Source: Spirogloea muscicola (lineage: Eukaryota). From it: DNA of 20,000 bases. The position numbers were made by a program, and so were the translations under genes. The DNA lies in NCBI GenBank assembly GCA_009602725.1, contig WELB01000011.1:1339763-1359762 (forward strand), in the 5' to 3' direction. Of the stretch, positions 1 through 9,368 are shown piece after piece. Under the pieces are notes generated by a model that ran no database searches, was not told where the DNA came from, and was given only the letters and a program-made list of their open reading frames with translations. Each line of letters opens with the position of its first letter. Position 1 is the first letter of the stretch.

Positions 1-916
1 GCAGCTGCCAGCGGCCAATGGCTCTGGATACAACGGCCGTCAATGGCGTCAAGGCCGGCGAGAAGCCTGTATCAAAAGGCGCAGCGCCGTCTCGGTTCGT
101 CAGAGCGGTGCCGTCAGAGCGGTCGCTTGCCGGGGCAATGGCTGCCGAGGGCTCGGCCAGCACGGCTAGAGGCTCACCCCGCGGGAGTTCGCAATGGCAG
201 GCGCACGGCCAGGCGGCCGGGCGGAGCTTGCCCGGGGCGCCTGCTCGGCAGCCAGCCATGCCAGCAATGGCGGCACGGCAGAGCTGCCTGGCGAGTCAGG
301 GGTCTCGCCGACTCCGTGCCACGTCCGGCTCTGAGCCCCGCGTCGACGGCCGCCAGCGGGCGCGCCGGCGCCGGCAGTGGATGGGGAGCTCGGCGAATGG
401 GATGGAGGGCCAGAGCGGCCACGTACGAAGCCAGCCCAAGTGTGTATACGAGTCTTTCATCGCCTCCCTTTCTGTCAAACATGCTTCTTCTTAATGTCAG
501 CCGCCTTGTGCTGCGTGCCGTTCAGCGCGTCGCTGGTCGATGCCAGATTACTGGACGGCAGGTCCCAAGCGCCTGCTACTAAACAGAGCTCGCCCAGCTT
601 TCTGGTGCACATTGTGTGCCCGAGCTCGCTGTAGGCAGGCTGACACGAATGGAGAAGCTCAAAGCGGCTGCTGATATTTAAGGAGCGCCTGTGAAAGCCA
701 GCCAGATGCATACGGGTGTTCATGACGGAGCCACAGGCTAGGCAGCCAGGGCGCTCTTAGTACCCCCAGGTCAGCAGTAGGAAGTCAGATGAGCTGAGGG
801 GAGGAAGAGCAACCCCGCTGCGCAAGCCAGAGGCTGCTGCAAAGGTGCGACCAGCGCCGCGGTGTAAAGCAAGCGCCTGGGACCGCTGTAGGGACATAGA
901 CAAACGCATGCGGTAG
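1..916 (+). CDS. Possible 3' part of an unidentified intron-containing gene (low-complexity Ala/Ser/Arg-rich C-terminus); tentative exons <1-439, 526-604, 770-916
   Basis: GC-rich open frame (ORF 18-494). Donors AA|GTGTGT (440) and CTG|GTGCAC (605) and acceptors ttcag|C (525) and ccccag|GTC (769) join in consistent phase to TAG 914-916. No recognisable domain. Confidence 0.3.
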
Positions 917-1298
917 CAGGACACAAGAGTCAAAGGCACCGAGCCACCGGGAAGGGCTGCACCTTGTTCCCGGCGCTGCTGGACAGCTTGAGATGCCAGC
1001 AGCGAAAGTAACGAGGACTACCAACCCCCGTAACACCCATGGATGTCCATGGCCAGGGGGTAAAAGGTATCACCCGCCTGGTGGTCCTTGTACTTGTGCA
1101 ACTTCTTCTGTTCGGCCACCTTCACAGCATAGCCGGTCTCAGAAGTTACGGGAGAGGAGGGCCTGCGAGCTGCCGGGTCGGGCATCTGCAGCGAGCTACT
1201 CAGGCCTGATGGTGCTCACTCGCGAGTACTGAGCTTCCCTCTGCCTCGTCTAGTGTTTTGCAGTGCTTTGTAGTATAGTCCTTTTTCGGCACTTTTCG

Positions 1299-1990
1299 GA
1301 ACAATGTATTGGCTTGAATTGGCCTCCCTTTCAATTCATGCGCCCCGCGCGCCTTCTCTCTTTCGGCACTTCTATCTTTGGCTTTGGACATTGTCCATTT
1401 CTTTTTGGGCTGGCTTTGCCAGCCCCTCTTCTCTATGGGCGAGCTCTTCTCTTTCTCTGAGCGGAGGATCCGGTTGCTGCTTTTGAGGGGCGGCTGTGGA
1501 GGCCAAGCGAGTGCATGTAGAGCAAATGTACGAGTGCATTCACACTACGTGGAGCTGCAGGCTGGGCAGCGCAGGGCCCTCTCGTTGTTCATTCTTTTCT
1601 TGGGCTGGCCTTTCCGGCCTCGATCCACAATGGGCGAGCCCTTTCTCGTACTTTAAATTGTGTTTTGGGCTGGCTTTTCCAGCCCCTATCCTCAATGGAC
1701 GAGCCCTTCGTTTCTTGGTGACCCCGTGTCAGCAGGAGGAACGAGCTGAGGGTAGCAGAGCGTAGCCGGTGGTGAAGCCCTTCACCCCAATGAGGCTGAA
1801 GGGGGCTTACTGTGAATAAGGTACAAGACGATGGCGCAACGAAAGACCTTCGACACCTTGACTGCCATTCATTGAAGAGCTTGCTGACTACGGTTTAACG
1901 AGCACATACAAGAGAAAGCGCGGCCAGATTGACTGGTGGCTGTGAGAGGCCAGCCCAAAGGAATGGACAGTCTGAAGGAGCCGGATGGAG
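1299..1990. repeat. Cluster of dispersed palindromic repeat units (3 forward, 1 reverse) plus a block shared with ~17532-17594
   Basis: GGGCTGGC-TTT-GCCAGCCC at 1407-1425, degenerate unit at 1602-1645 and GGGCTGG-CTTTT-CCAGCCC at 1667-1685, each T-tract-led and followed by an ATGG(G/A)CGAGC tail. Reverse unit at ~1906-1970. The block gaacaatgt..ggcttgaattggcct..ttcatgcgccccgcgcgccttctctctt at ~1299-1352 recurs at ~17532-17594. Confidence 0.8.
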
Positions 1991-2436
1991 CAGAAGGCAA
2001 GGTACTAAGTGCTAAGACGGCAGCAAGCAGGGACAGGGTATTTGACTGGCATCAAGAAGAAAGGCATTGCGCGCCTGGGATGCTGGTGCCACGCACTTGT
2101 TCAGTTTGCCAACACAGCTATCCTCATGATTTGGCAGCCCCAGTTGCCAGCCCAGTCATTTATTGAATGAGAATACAGCTCGTCAGGCATGTTCGCAGCC
2201 AGCAGGATCCGCGCGAATTGGCACGGCAATCAGAAATACGGTCTATGAGTGGAGCGGACAGGCATTGGCTTGCAGCACTGCAGCCGCTGTGGTAGCTATG
2301 CCAGCTGTAAGCGGCTAAGCTTTCGTATAGCTACAACAGCGTCCAGCGGTGCACGGCAGAGGCACTTGAAGATGCCATGACGGGTAGTCACGGCAGTGTC
2401 CCTACTGGTCGATGGGGTCACACTGCTGCGTGACAC

Positions 2437-3888
2437 TCAAGCAATTGAGAAGCTCGCCATGGTGGCAGTGTTATGCTGGACCTGCGCCTCAAGCGCCTTT
2501 ACGCGGCCCTGCAGCGAGCGGATGTACGCGACCGCGTCCTCGAGCATGGCGGACGTGTCAACGCGGGCGTGGCTTTTGGGCATGACTTCCTTGAGGCGCT
2601 GCAGGCGCACAGAGATGCGCTCGCGGCGCACGCGCTCAGCCACACTTCGTGGCTTGGTGCTTTGCGACACGCTGGCGGCCCGTCGCCGGCTCGCTGGCTG
2701 CCCGTAGAAGTCGTCGTCAGCAGCGTCCTCCTCACCATCGTCGCTGCCGGCCCCTCCAAGGCTACCCCCGGCACAGGGCCTCGGATCGCTGCTGCCAGGC
2801 GGCGTACCGCCGCTGCTGTCGCACTGCAGCGCCTGGTCCAGGCCCACCGTGACGTCGCTACCCCCCCCGCTGCCATCAGCACAGTCGGCCCGCAACCGCT
2901 TCGCGCCCTTTTCAGCCTGCAGCATCACCGGGATGCTTGGCACGTCGGGGTTACCCCAGCTGTTGAAGTCCGACTTGGACGCCGTGGGGCTCTCGCCGCG
3001 CACACCGCTTGCACCAGGCGTGGCCAGGCTGCCACGGGGCTTGAGGTCCAGTGCTGGCGAGACGAGCGGGAACTCGCCGCTGCTGCGGTTCAGTAGACCC
3101 TCCAGCGCCGAGTAGGACAGGCCTCGCGGCGGCATTGTGGGCTGTCGGTGCTGTGGCAGGCAGCCGGCCGACGGCCGGGGCGCCGCTGGCGGCCAGGAGG
3201 CCTGGTAGGTGATGGAGCTGCTCGCCCCGCCGCCCCCGCTGGCAGAGTTGACCCCGGGCAGCAGCGGCAGCGGCGCTTGGCCACCGCTGAGGCCGCCCGG
3301 AGTCAGCAGGAGCTGCTTGCTGGCGAAATTCAGGAGGCTCAGGCTTGGGCTGCCCCCGACCAGGCCCAGGTCCAGCGGCAGCAGCGACACAGCCGGCGTC
3401 GCTGACGTGCTACCGCCGCCATTGTCGAGCGCTGGCACGATGTCCCAAAGGTCGCCGGAGGGGCTGCGGCTGTGCGCCGGCGGGGCAGTGTAGGGCGCGC
3501 AGCTGGAGTTGGAGGTCGGCGAGAAGAGCAGCAGCGACGGCGGCGGCGGGAGTCGCAGGCCCAAGGCCTTGGCGGCAGGAGTAGCAGCGGCGGCAGCGGC
3601 AGCGGCGGCGGCAGGGGCTGCTGCCGGCTCGGGGATTGCGCCAGCACTAGCAGCGGCAGCAACGGCTGACGCCCACATGGTGTCTCCCAGCTCCGAGTCG
3701 GCGCTGGTCTCCACCATGGACGGCACCATCCAGCCCTCCGAGGCCTCGAGGGCAGACGTGGTAGAGCCGCCGCAGCCCGCGCCGTCGAGCAGGTCCTCGA
3801 TGTTCCACAGGTCCGCAACCCCGGGCTCGTCGGTGCCGCCGTGGCCCGGCAGATGCAACCCCGGCTTGACGTCCAGCGTGGCCGCCAT
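2437..3888 (-). CDS. Plant-type bHLH transcription factor, single exon, ~483 aa (upstream in-frame ATG at 4134 lies across an N); bHLH domain at ~2485-2660
   Basis: C-terminal TKPRSVAERVRRERISVRLQRLKEVMPKSHARVDTSAMLEDAVAYIRSLQGRVKALE matches the plant bHLH consensus; PRSxAERVRR resembles subfamily IX (FBH/AKS) and related groups. Long disordered N-terminus. Stop TGA at 2437-2439. Confidence 0.9.
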   Translation of the reverse strand: MAATLDVKPGLHLPGHGGTDEPGVADLWNIEDLLDGAGCGGSTTSALEASEGWMVPSMVETSADSELGDTMWASAVAAAASAGAIPEPAAAPAAAAAAAAAATPAAKALGLRLPPPPSLLLFSPTSNSSCAPYTAPPAHSRSPSGDLWDIVPALDNGGGSTSATPAVSLLPLDLGLVGGSPSLSLLNFASKQLLLTPGGLSGGQAPLPLLPGVNSASGGGGASSSITYQASWPPAAPRPSAGCLPQHRQPTMPPRGLSYSALEGLLNRSSGEFPLVSPALDLKPRGSLATPGASGVRGESPTASKSDFNSWGNPDVPSIPVMLQAEKGAKRLRADCADGSGGGSDVTVGLDQALQCDSSGGTPPGSSDPRPCAGGSLGGAGSDDGEEDAADDDFYGQPASRRRAASVSQSTKPRSVAERVRRERISVRLQRLKEVMPKSHARVDTSAMLEDAVAYIRSLQGRVKALEAQVQHNTATMASFSIA

Positions 3889-4487
3889 GTGCGCCGAGCC
3901 GCCTCGCAACGGAGACGAGCGTCGGGCCGCGGTGCTGGAGGCGGCAGAGGGGGGCCGAGGCGTGCTGCGGGCCCGGCGACGAACTCGGGCACCTGGAAAG
4001 AGGGGGAGGATTTCGGCGGCGGGCTGCAGCTGCTTGGCGGNATGCCAGCTCGCACGCGCCGCACGAAGCCCGCCCCGCCGGGCGCGCGGGCGGGGGCTCC
4101 GGCCGGGGGGTGGCCTTAGCCCCCCATCATCCATGGCGTCCCCCCGCCGCCCCCGCCCGTGCGTCGGCGGGCCGTACCCCCCGTATCCCTCTGTTGCGGA
4201 TCCTGAGAGTTCTCACCTCCTTCCCCGAGCGCGCCCTGGGTCTCCGCCCGGCGACAGCGCGCGCGCGTCCTGCGTCGCACCTAGCCCCCTGGCGGCAGCA
4301 GTGCCGCTCCTCCCCGGCGTCAGAGGCGCAGACTGTTTGTTCGGCCAGCCTGGTTGCGGGCGGCCTCCCCGTAGCCCGCCCTGCCAGGAGGCCGGCACAG
4401 ACAGCTGGACCGGGAGCCCTCCGGGATATGCGCTTCGGGCCCGGCTCGTCGCCTAGCGGGCCCTCCAGGCCCGCCCCGGCCCCGCCC

Positions 4488-4568
4488 GCCACGTCGGTGG
4501 ACGTGGCCGGCCACGTCCGCCAGAGTGCCTGCGTGGCCGTGCCCCGCGCCGGATGGCGAGCCACGTGG
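4488..4568. promoter_or_regulatory. ABRE/G-box-like ACGT cluster in the divergent bHLH/SCO2 promoter
   Basis: GCCACGTC at 4488-4495; GACGTGGC and GCCACGTC inside the perfect 20-bp palindrome GGACGTGGCCGGCCACGTCC (4499-4518); GCGTGGC at 4531; GCCACGTGG (G-box) at 4560-4568. Confidence 0.55.
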
Positions 4569-4792
4569 GCGAACGGCCCCTCCTTCCACTCCGGCTGCCT
4601 TGCCAAGCCTTCCCGTGCCTTTCCCCGTCGATGCCCTAAGGGCGAGCGCGCACGACGGGAACCCCAGCTCCTCGTTGCGGACCTCCAAATTGCGCAACGG
4701 CGGCTGCGACGGCGGCGGCTCCCACTTGGCCGGACATGCTCCGCCGTTGAGCTCGCCGCTGCGCCCCCCGCTGGCTCACCCATTAAGCCACC

Positions 4793-5648
4793 ATGTTCAG
4801 TGGTGCCGGCGCCGTCTGGCAGCTCCGGGCCCCACCCGGTTGCGTCCGGAGGCCACGGCGAGCGGGCCTGCTCTGCCTTCGCCAGCTCCCCCCGACGTCG
4901 GCGTCGTCGCCGTCGTGGCGGGGCCCCACGCCGCGGCGCAACGGCGAGGAGCGCGCCGAGACGGTGCTGAGCTCCGCGGAGCCGCTGCCGCTGCCCATGC
5001 CGTACCCCGACTCGCGGCCGCTGCCCAAGGAGGCCATCGACAAGATCCTCCAGTGCGACCCCGAAGTCGAGGTAACGGCTGGTCCCTCCGTGCTGCGGGC
5101 CTCGCTCTCGCCCACTACACCGCCTTCCCTTGCCGTCTGCTGGCAATCTATGAGGCACCAGCTTGGAGAGGACTTCGAGATACACATGCGATACACGATT
5201 CTCATATTTACGTCTATAAGTATAGAACTCGAGCTCAAAAGCTGAGTCGTATCATTGGCAACGTCCTCCTCCGCCTCCGCCGCAGTTTTGCAAAGAGCCA
5301 GTTTACCAGTGGACGGGTTTGTGCCAGCAATGCCGCGGCACGGGCTTGGTCAGCTTCTACCGCAGCGGCCGCGAGGTCATCAGCAAGTGCATCACCTGCG
5401 TCGGCTTAGGTATGCCCACTCAGCGCTGGACCTCGTCATGCTGTCTTGAAGCTCGGCCGGCTCTTCCCACTGTTCCGACGGGCCTGCATCAGATTGTACT
5501 TCTTCTATTCACGGTCTGACAGCCAGTTAGCCAAGCTGGAAGCGATTGTCACTTCAGCTGCCGCTGCTTGAGTGCAGGATACGTGCAGAAGTACACTGTA
5601 CGGGAGGATGTCGAGGCCATGTCAGACAACGAGGAGTCAACCTTGTAA
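4793..5648 (+). CDS. SCO2: SCO2/CYO1 (SNOWY COTYLEDON 2)-like plastid DnaJ-type zinc-finger protein disulfide isomerase, 157 aa; exons 4793-5071, 5286-5409, 5578-5648
   Basis: Spliced protein ...PLPLPMPYPDSRPLPKEAIDKILQCDPEVE|FCKEPVYQWTGLCQQCRGTGLVSFYRSGREVISKCITCVGL|GYVQKYTVREDVEAM matches the SCO2 C-terminal domain as I recall it, with two CxxCxGxG motifs. GT-AG introns in consistent phase. Arg/Ser/Pro-rich transit-like N-terminus. Confidence 0.9.
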
Positions 5649-5892
5649 GGTAAACACGTGACGCCTTTGTGGCTCGGCAAAGTTGGCATGACAGGTGCAC
5701 CACAGCAAGGCAAGAAGAGCTCTTTGGCTGTTACATGCAAAGTGCAATAAGCCTTAGCTCCCCAGTGTCAAGCTATTTTGAGTCAGGCTTGACTTGGAGT
5801 CAATTACTCTGGAGGCCAAGTAGCTTTGCTGGTGCAGCAAATTGGGCGCTTCCAAATCAAGCACGGTCATGTACTTGTGGTTGCTCTTTCAG

Positions 5893-5950
5893 ATTCCTTT
5901 TGGCTGGCCTCTCAGAGCCACCAGTCAATCTGGCGGCGCTTTCGTTTGTA
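5893..5950 (+). repeat. Single copy of the dispersed repeat (subtype ggctggcctctcaNagccaccagtcaatctggc)
   Basis: Close match to the reverse complement of ~1906-1966 and to 8494-8550. Confidence 0.75.
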
Positions 5951-6472
5951 AAGAGCTCCCACCTTCTTGTTGTTGATGCCAAACGCAAGCATGGCATCTA
6001 AAAACTGCAGTTCTGTACACTAGCAGGAAACTGTAAGTGGGTGCATAATCTAACCCCAATACTTTAGCAGCAACCCAATGCCCCCACCCTCCTACGTGAG
6101 CCGCAGTTTTGGAATGTCATGCAATCTTAACCAGTCATTGCCACAGTGCTGCAGTCTGCTTCAGTAACCTGCTTCAGAAACCAGGTCTTGCAGGGCATCA
6201 CTCGGAGGCTTTGCTGGTGAGACCGTCTTTGCAGCACATCGCTATGTTGGCAACGCCAGTACAAAGCTAATAGAAATATCTCTGCCATAGAGCAGAGTGA
6301 TTTGAGCTTCTCCGATACCCTGCCCCTTTGAGAAGCCTTTATTGACCAAAGCTGTGAATAGCAATCTGTTTGGAGACAACAGCTACTGACTGACTGGCCA
6401 GCATGTCAGCCCAGCTTGTGCAGCGCAATCATGTATTGTTGCTGTGCCACCCCTTGGGATCGAATACGAGTG

Positions 6473-8388
6473 TCAAACATTTGCATAATCGCCGACTCGC
6501 ATCCCAACCACCATCCAGCAGTCTTTGTAAGCGCCAGAAGCGACCTGGGAGAATGAGACTGCTTCTTGTCAGCCCCCAACATGTGGAGCTCCTCCACACT
6601 CATACGCACCAAGAAGTAATGACTAATAGCATCATCGCACCTAGCACGCCAATCTTGGCTCCACACTTGGCTACCTCAAGATGGCAGACATGCAACCAGC
6701 ACTTAAGTTGAGTTTTTGGCCACGTCAGGAGCTCGTTGGGCCCCTCACCTTCTCCAAGCAGAATGTGTATGTGTGGAGCCTCTCTCCTCCCTGCGCCCTT
6801 CCGGAGGTCACCTTCACGGCCTGCAGGGCCTTCAAGTCACCCTTGCCGTGGAAGACCATTGGCGAGGCCAACTGCGCCAAAGCACTTTCAAGCTGTTCAG
6901 AACCAGACAAATCCAGAGAGACCTTCATGTAATAATGAATGTCCTTTGACACTGTCCATATGTCAAGCATCTACCTCCTCTGCTAAAGCCTCCCGAGCAG
7001 TAGCAGCAAGTGCAACCAGTACAACGAGTCAACAGACGTGAACAACAACACAGACAACCTTTCCTCTTGTAGATGGCACACAGGCGGAGATGCCATAGTG
7101 AGACTAGAAGCTGATGCTGCCCCCGGATTAACTGCATCGAATTTCTGACAGCATGCTGCTGAGGTGCAGGGGCAGACAGAGAAACTCCATGATCCGTCTC
7201 ACCTCCCAGTGTGTGCAATTGAGGAGGGGCGCATACATGGGCTCCCGCAGGAGCAACACAAACTGCTCCACAGACACAAATTGTGGGTGGGCGTCCCACG
7301 CCCGGGCCGCGGACACTGGTGAGCGGGCCTGCGACCACACCGTGGGCCGGGCAAACCCAAGACGAAGCCAAATTATCAATACTTCTGGTTGTCTACGACC
7401 CCTTAGCTGAACGCCTTGCATTTGCTCATCACCTCAGCATGTCCAATTGGATCTCGACGGAAAGCCACTCTGATCGCCCTCACTGTCCTCTAAGCTGAAA
7501 CACAGATTTACCTGCACCTGAAAACTAGAAGTCGGAAGACTTAAGGATGCTGCAAAGCCATCCCCACACCTCTGCTAACAATGCCAGGGTCTTATACAGC
7601 AGGGAAATGGGTACTGCGAGTGGGAGTTTGCCCTTGTGATATGCATTGACCTCGCCAACATCCCACCTCATCTATACGTGTATTACCACATTGCTGAAAG
7701 GGGTCAAACGACAAAGGCTTGCCCAGTCGCCAGAAACTGCCCACCTTAGCGGGCAGGAGCCCGTACCTGCCCTGCCAGCATCTCGTCCACCCGCAGGGGC
7801 ATGGCGAAGGCGAAGGCGGTCTGGATGCCGGCGTTCTCCTCCGGCCAGTCGATGCGCATGAGCGCGTCCATCTGAGCGCCGGAAGCGGCAGTGATTGTGG
7901 CTTAAGGGGCCGAAGTCAAGACCGAGGCCTCCAGCCAGCCAGCCCTTCTTTGCGTCTCGACTGCTAGCGCCTCTGCCACTGCCGCGCCGCCTCCAAGGCA
8001 GCGACAGGGCCGGGCACAGCCGCGACCGAAGCGGATCAAATGAATCTCTCATATGATTGATAAGCCTCTCATACAATTGATAGATCCTACGCCGAGAGGT
8101 ATGGCAGGCCGGGCGAGCGTTGGGGGCGCGTACCTGGACCCGCACCACCGCCGTGGGCGGCATGAGCGCCGTCGGTCGCGGCGGGCCGCGCGGCGCCGCG
8201 GCCAGCGCCGGGGTCTCGTTGACGCGCCGCGCGAACTCCGCCNNNNNNNNNNNNNNNNNNNNNNNNNNNNNNNNNNNNNNNNNNNNNNNNNNNNNNNNNN
8301 NNNNNNNNNNNNNCGCGCCCTGGAGCCCCGCGGCCGCCGCCGCCGCCGGCGGCCGAGCCAGCGGGCCAGCCGGAGCGAGCTGCGCCAT
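6473..8388 (-). CDS. Uncharacterised DUF4864-like protein, probably plastid-targeted; exons 8388-8134 (contains N gap), 7871-7767, 7328-7203, 6871-6749, 6544-6473
   Basis: Four phase-0 GT-AG introns give ...PTALMPPTAVVRVQ|MDALMRIDWPEENAGIQTAFAFAMPLRVDEMLAGQ|ARSP...EQFVLLLREPMYAPLLNCTHWE|LASPMVFHG...TYTFCLEK|VASGAYKDCWMVVGMRVGDYANV*. The VV..Q.dAL...D.P...aGi..AF.FA.P and Y.PLL...CW.V..V pattern recalls DUF4864-type proteins. The gene model is firmer than the family assignment. Confidence 0.75.
8243..8313. other. Assembly gap (run of N); single Ns also at 4041 and 17129
   Basis: N characters in very GC-rich 5' regions make the start sites of three genes uncertain. Confidence 0.95.
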
Positions 8389-8493
8389 GGCCACCTCCGC
8401 CCCGAGCTCCCGGGCCAATCCTGTCGGCGGGCCCGCCTTTATCAGAAGAAAGTACCTGATCCGCCTTCTTAACTGCTGACACTGGGGTACTAC

Positions 8494-8890
8494 TTTCTTT
8501 GGGCTGGCCTTTCCCAGCCACCAGTCCATCTGGCCGCGCTTCCTTCGGTACTAGGAGCGCCGGCTGACTAGCCTGTGGCTCAGCTAGTAGTGTACTTACG
8601 ACCACCCTCGGTATGCACCTGTCTGGCATTTGCAGCCGTTCTTTCACTATCAGCAGCCGCATTTTCTCTTTGCCGAGTAAGTGGGCTTTCCAAAGTGAAC
8701 AGCGCGTCCAGATAGGCAGCAGTGGCTGTGCGATGAAGTGGCTCTCCCAATGGGGGCAAGGGCTGTGAGAAGCCAGCCCGAAGGAATGGACAAGATCTGA
8801 GAGGACCGGAAGGCGCAAAGAGCAGGATACTGGTCCCTATCAAAGGGGGCTTGGGCTGTGAATGGCCAGCCCAGAAAGAATGAATGAGGC
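8494..8890. repeat. Cluster of dispersed palindromic repeat units (1 forward, 2 reverse)
   Basis: tttctttGGGCTGGcctttcCCAGCCaccagtccatctggccgcgct at 8494-8540. Reverse units gggctgtgagaagCCAGCCCgaaggaatggaca (8760-8792) and gggctgtgaatggCCAGCCCagaaagaatgaa (8853-8884). Confidence 0.75.
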
Positions 8891-9368
8891 CGAAAGGCGC
8901 CAAAGACAGCTATGCAAAGGACTACGGCGGATGGAAGCTCATCAACCCGTCTCGGACAGTTGTCGGGCCAGATAGGCCCATCCCTTACTGCGGCAGCGAC
9001 GCCAAGCCCAGGCTGTGCTCGCGTCTAACACTCAGGCCCTCCATCACTCGCTACACGTCTTGACAAGCCCAAATTGGAGCTGCATTCGCCTCCGGCGCCC
9101 ATGGCACCCGACAAGTGCACGCAGCTGGGACCGCACCTCCCACATCTGCGCGAGAAGGCTTGCGACCCACTTGCAGCGCTGCAGCCGCAGCGACACGGAC
9201 CGTTGAGGGGATGCAGATACTGGCACCGTGGACTTGAGCCACGACCTTCCCACATATGGCGCCAATCCTCCACCCTTCCTTCTGGAGACCTCGTGCTCCT
9301 GGAAGATGTCCGGGTGATGCTCAGATATGGGAGCGACTGTTGCTCAAGTCCGGGCTAGCACAGTGTTG

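Noticed and set aside
1776..1807. Imperfect hairpin AGCCCTTCA...TGAAGGGGGCT as a Helitron 3' end
   Set aside because: No CTRR terminus at the expected distance and no identifiable 5' end.
3509..5409. Long overlapping ORFs (3509-4456 +, 4110-4970 +, 4127-5185 -, 4525-5409 +)
   Set aside because: Arg/Pro/Ala-rich shadows expected from very high GC; they overlap real genes or the promoter and have no domain.
9015..9360. Several short ORFs on both strands
   Set aside because: No motif or convincing splice structure; probably 3' UTR of the fusion gene or intergenic.
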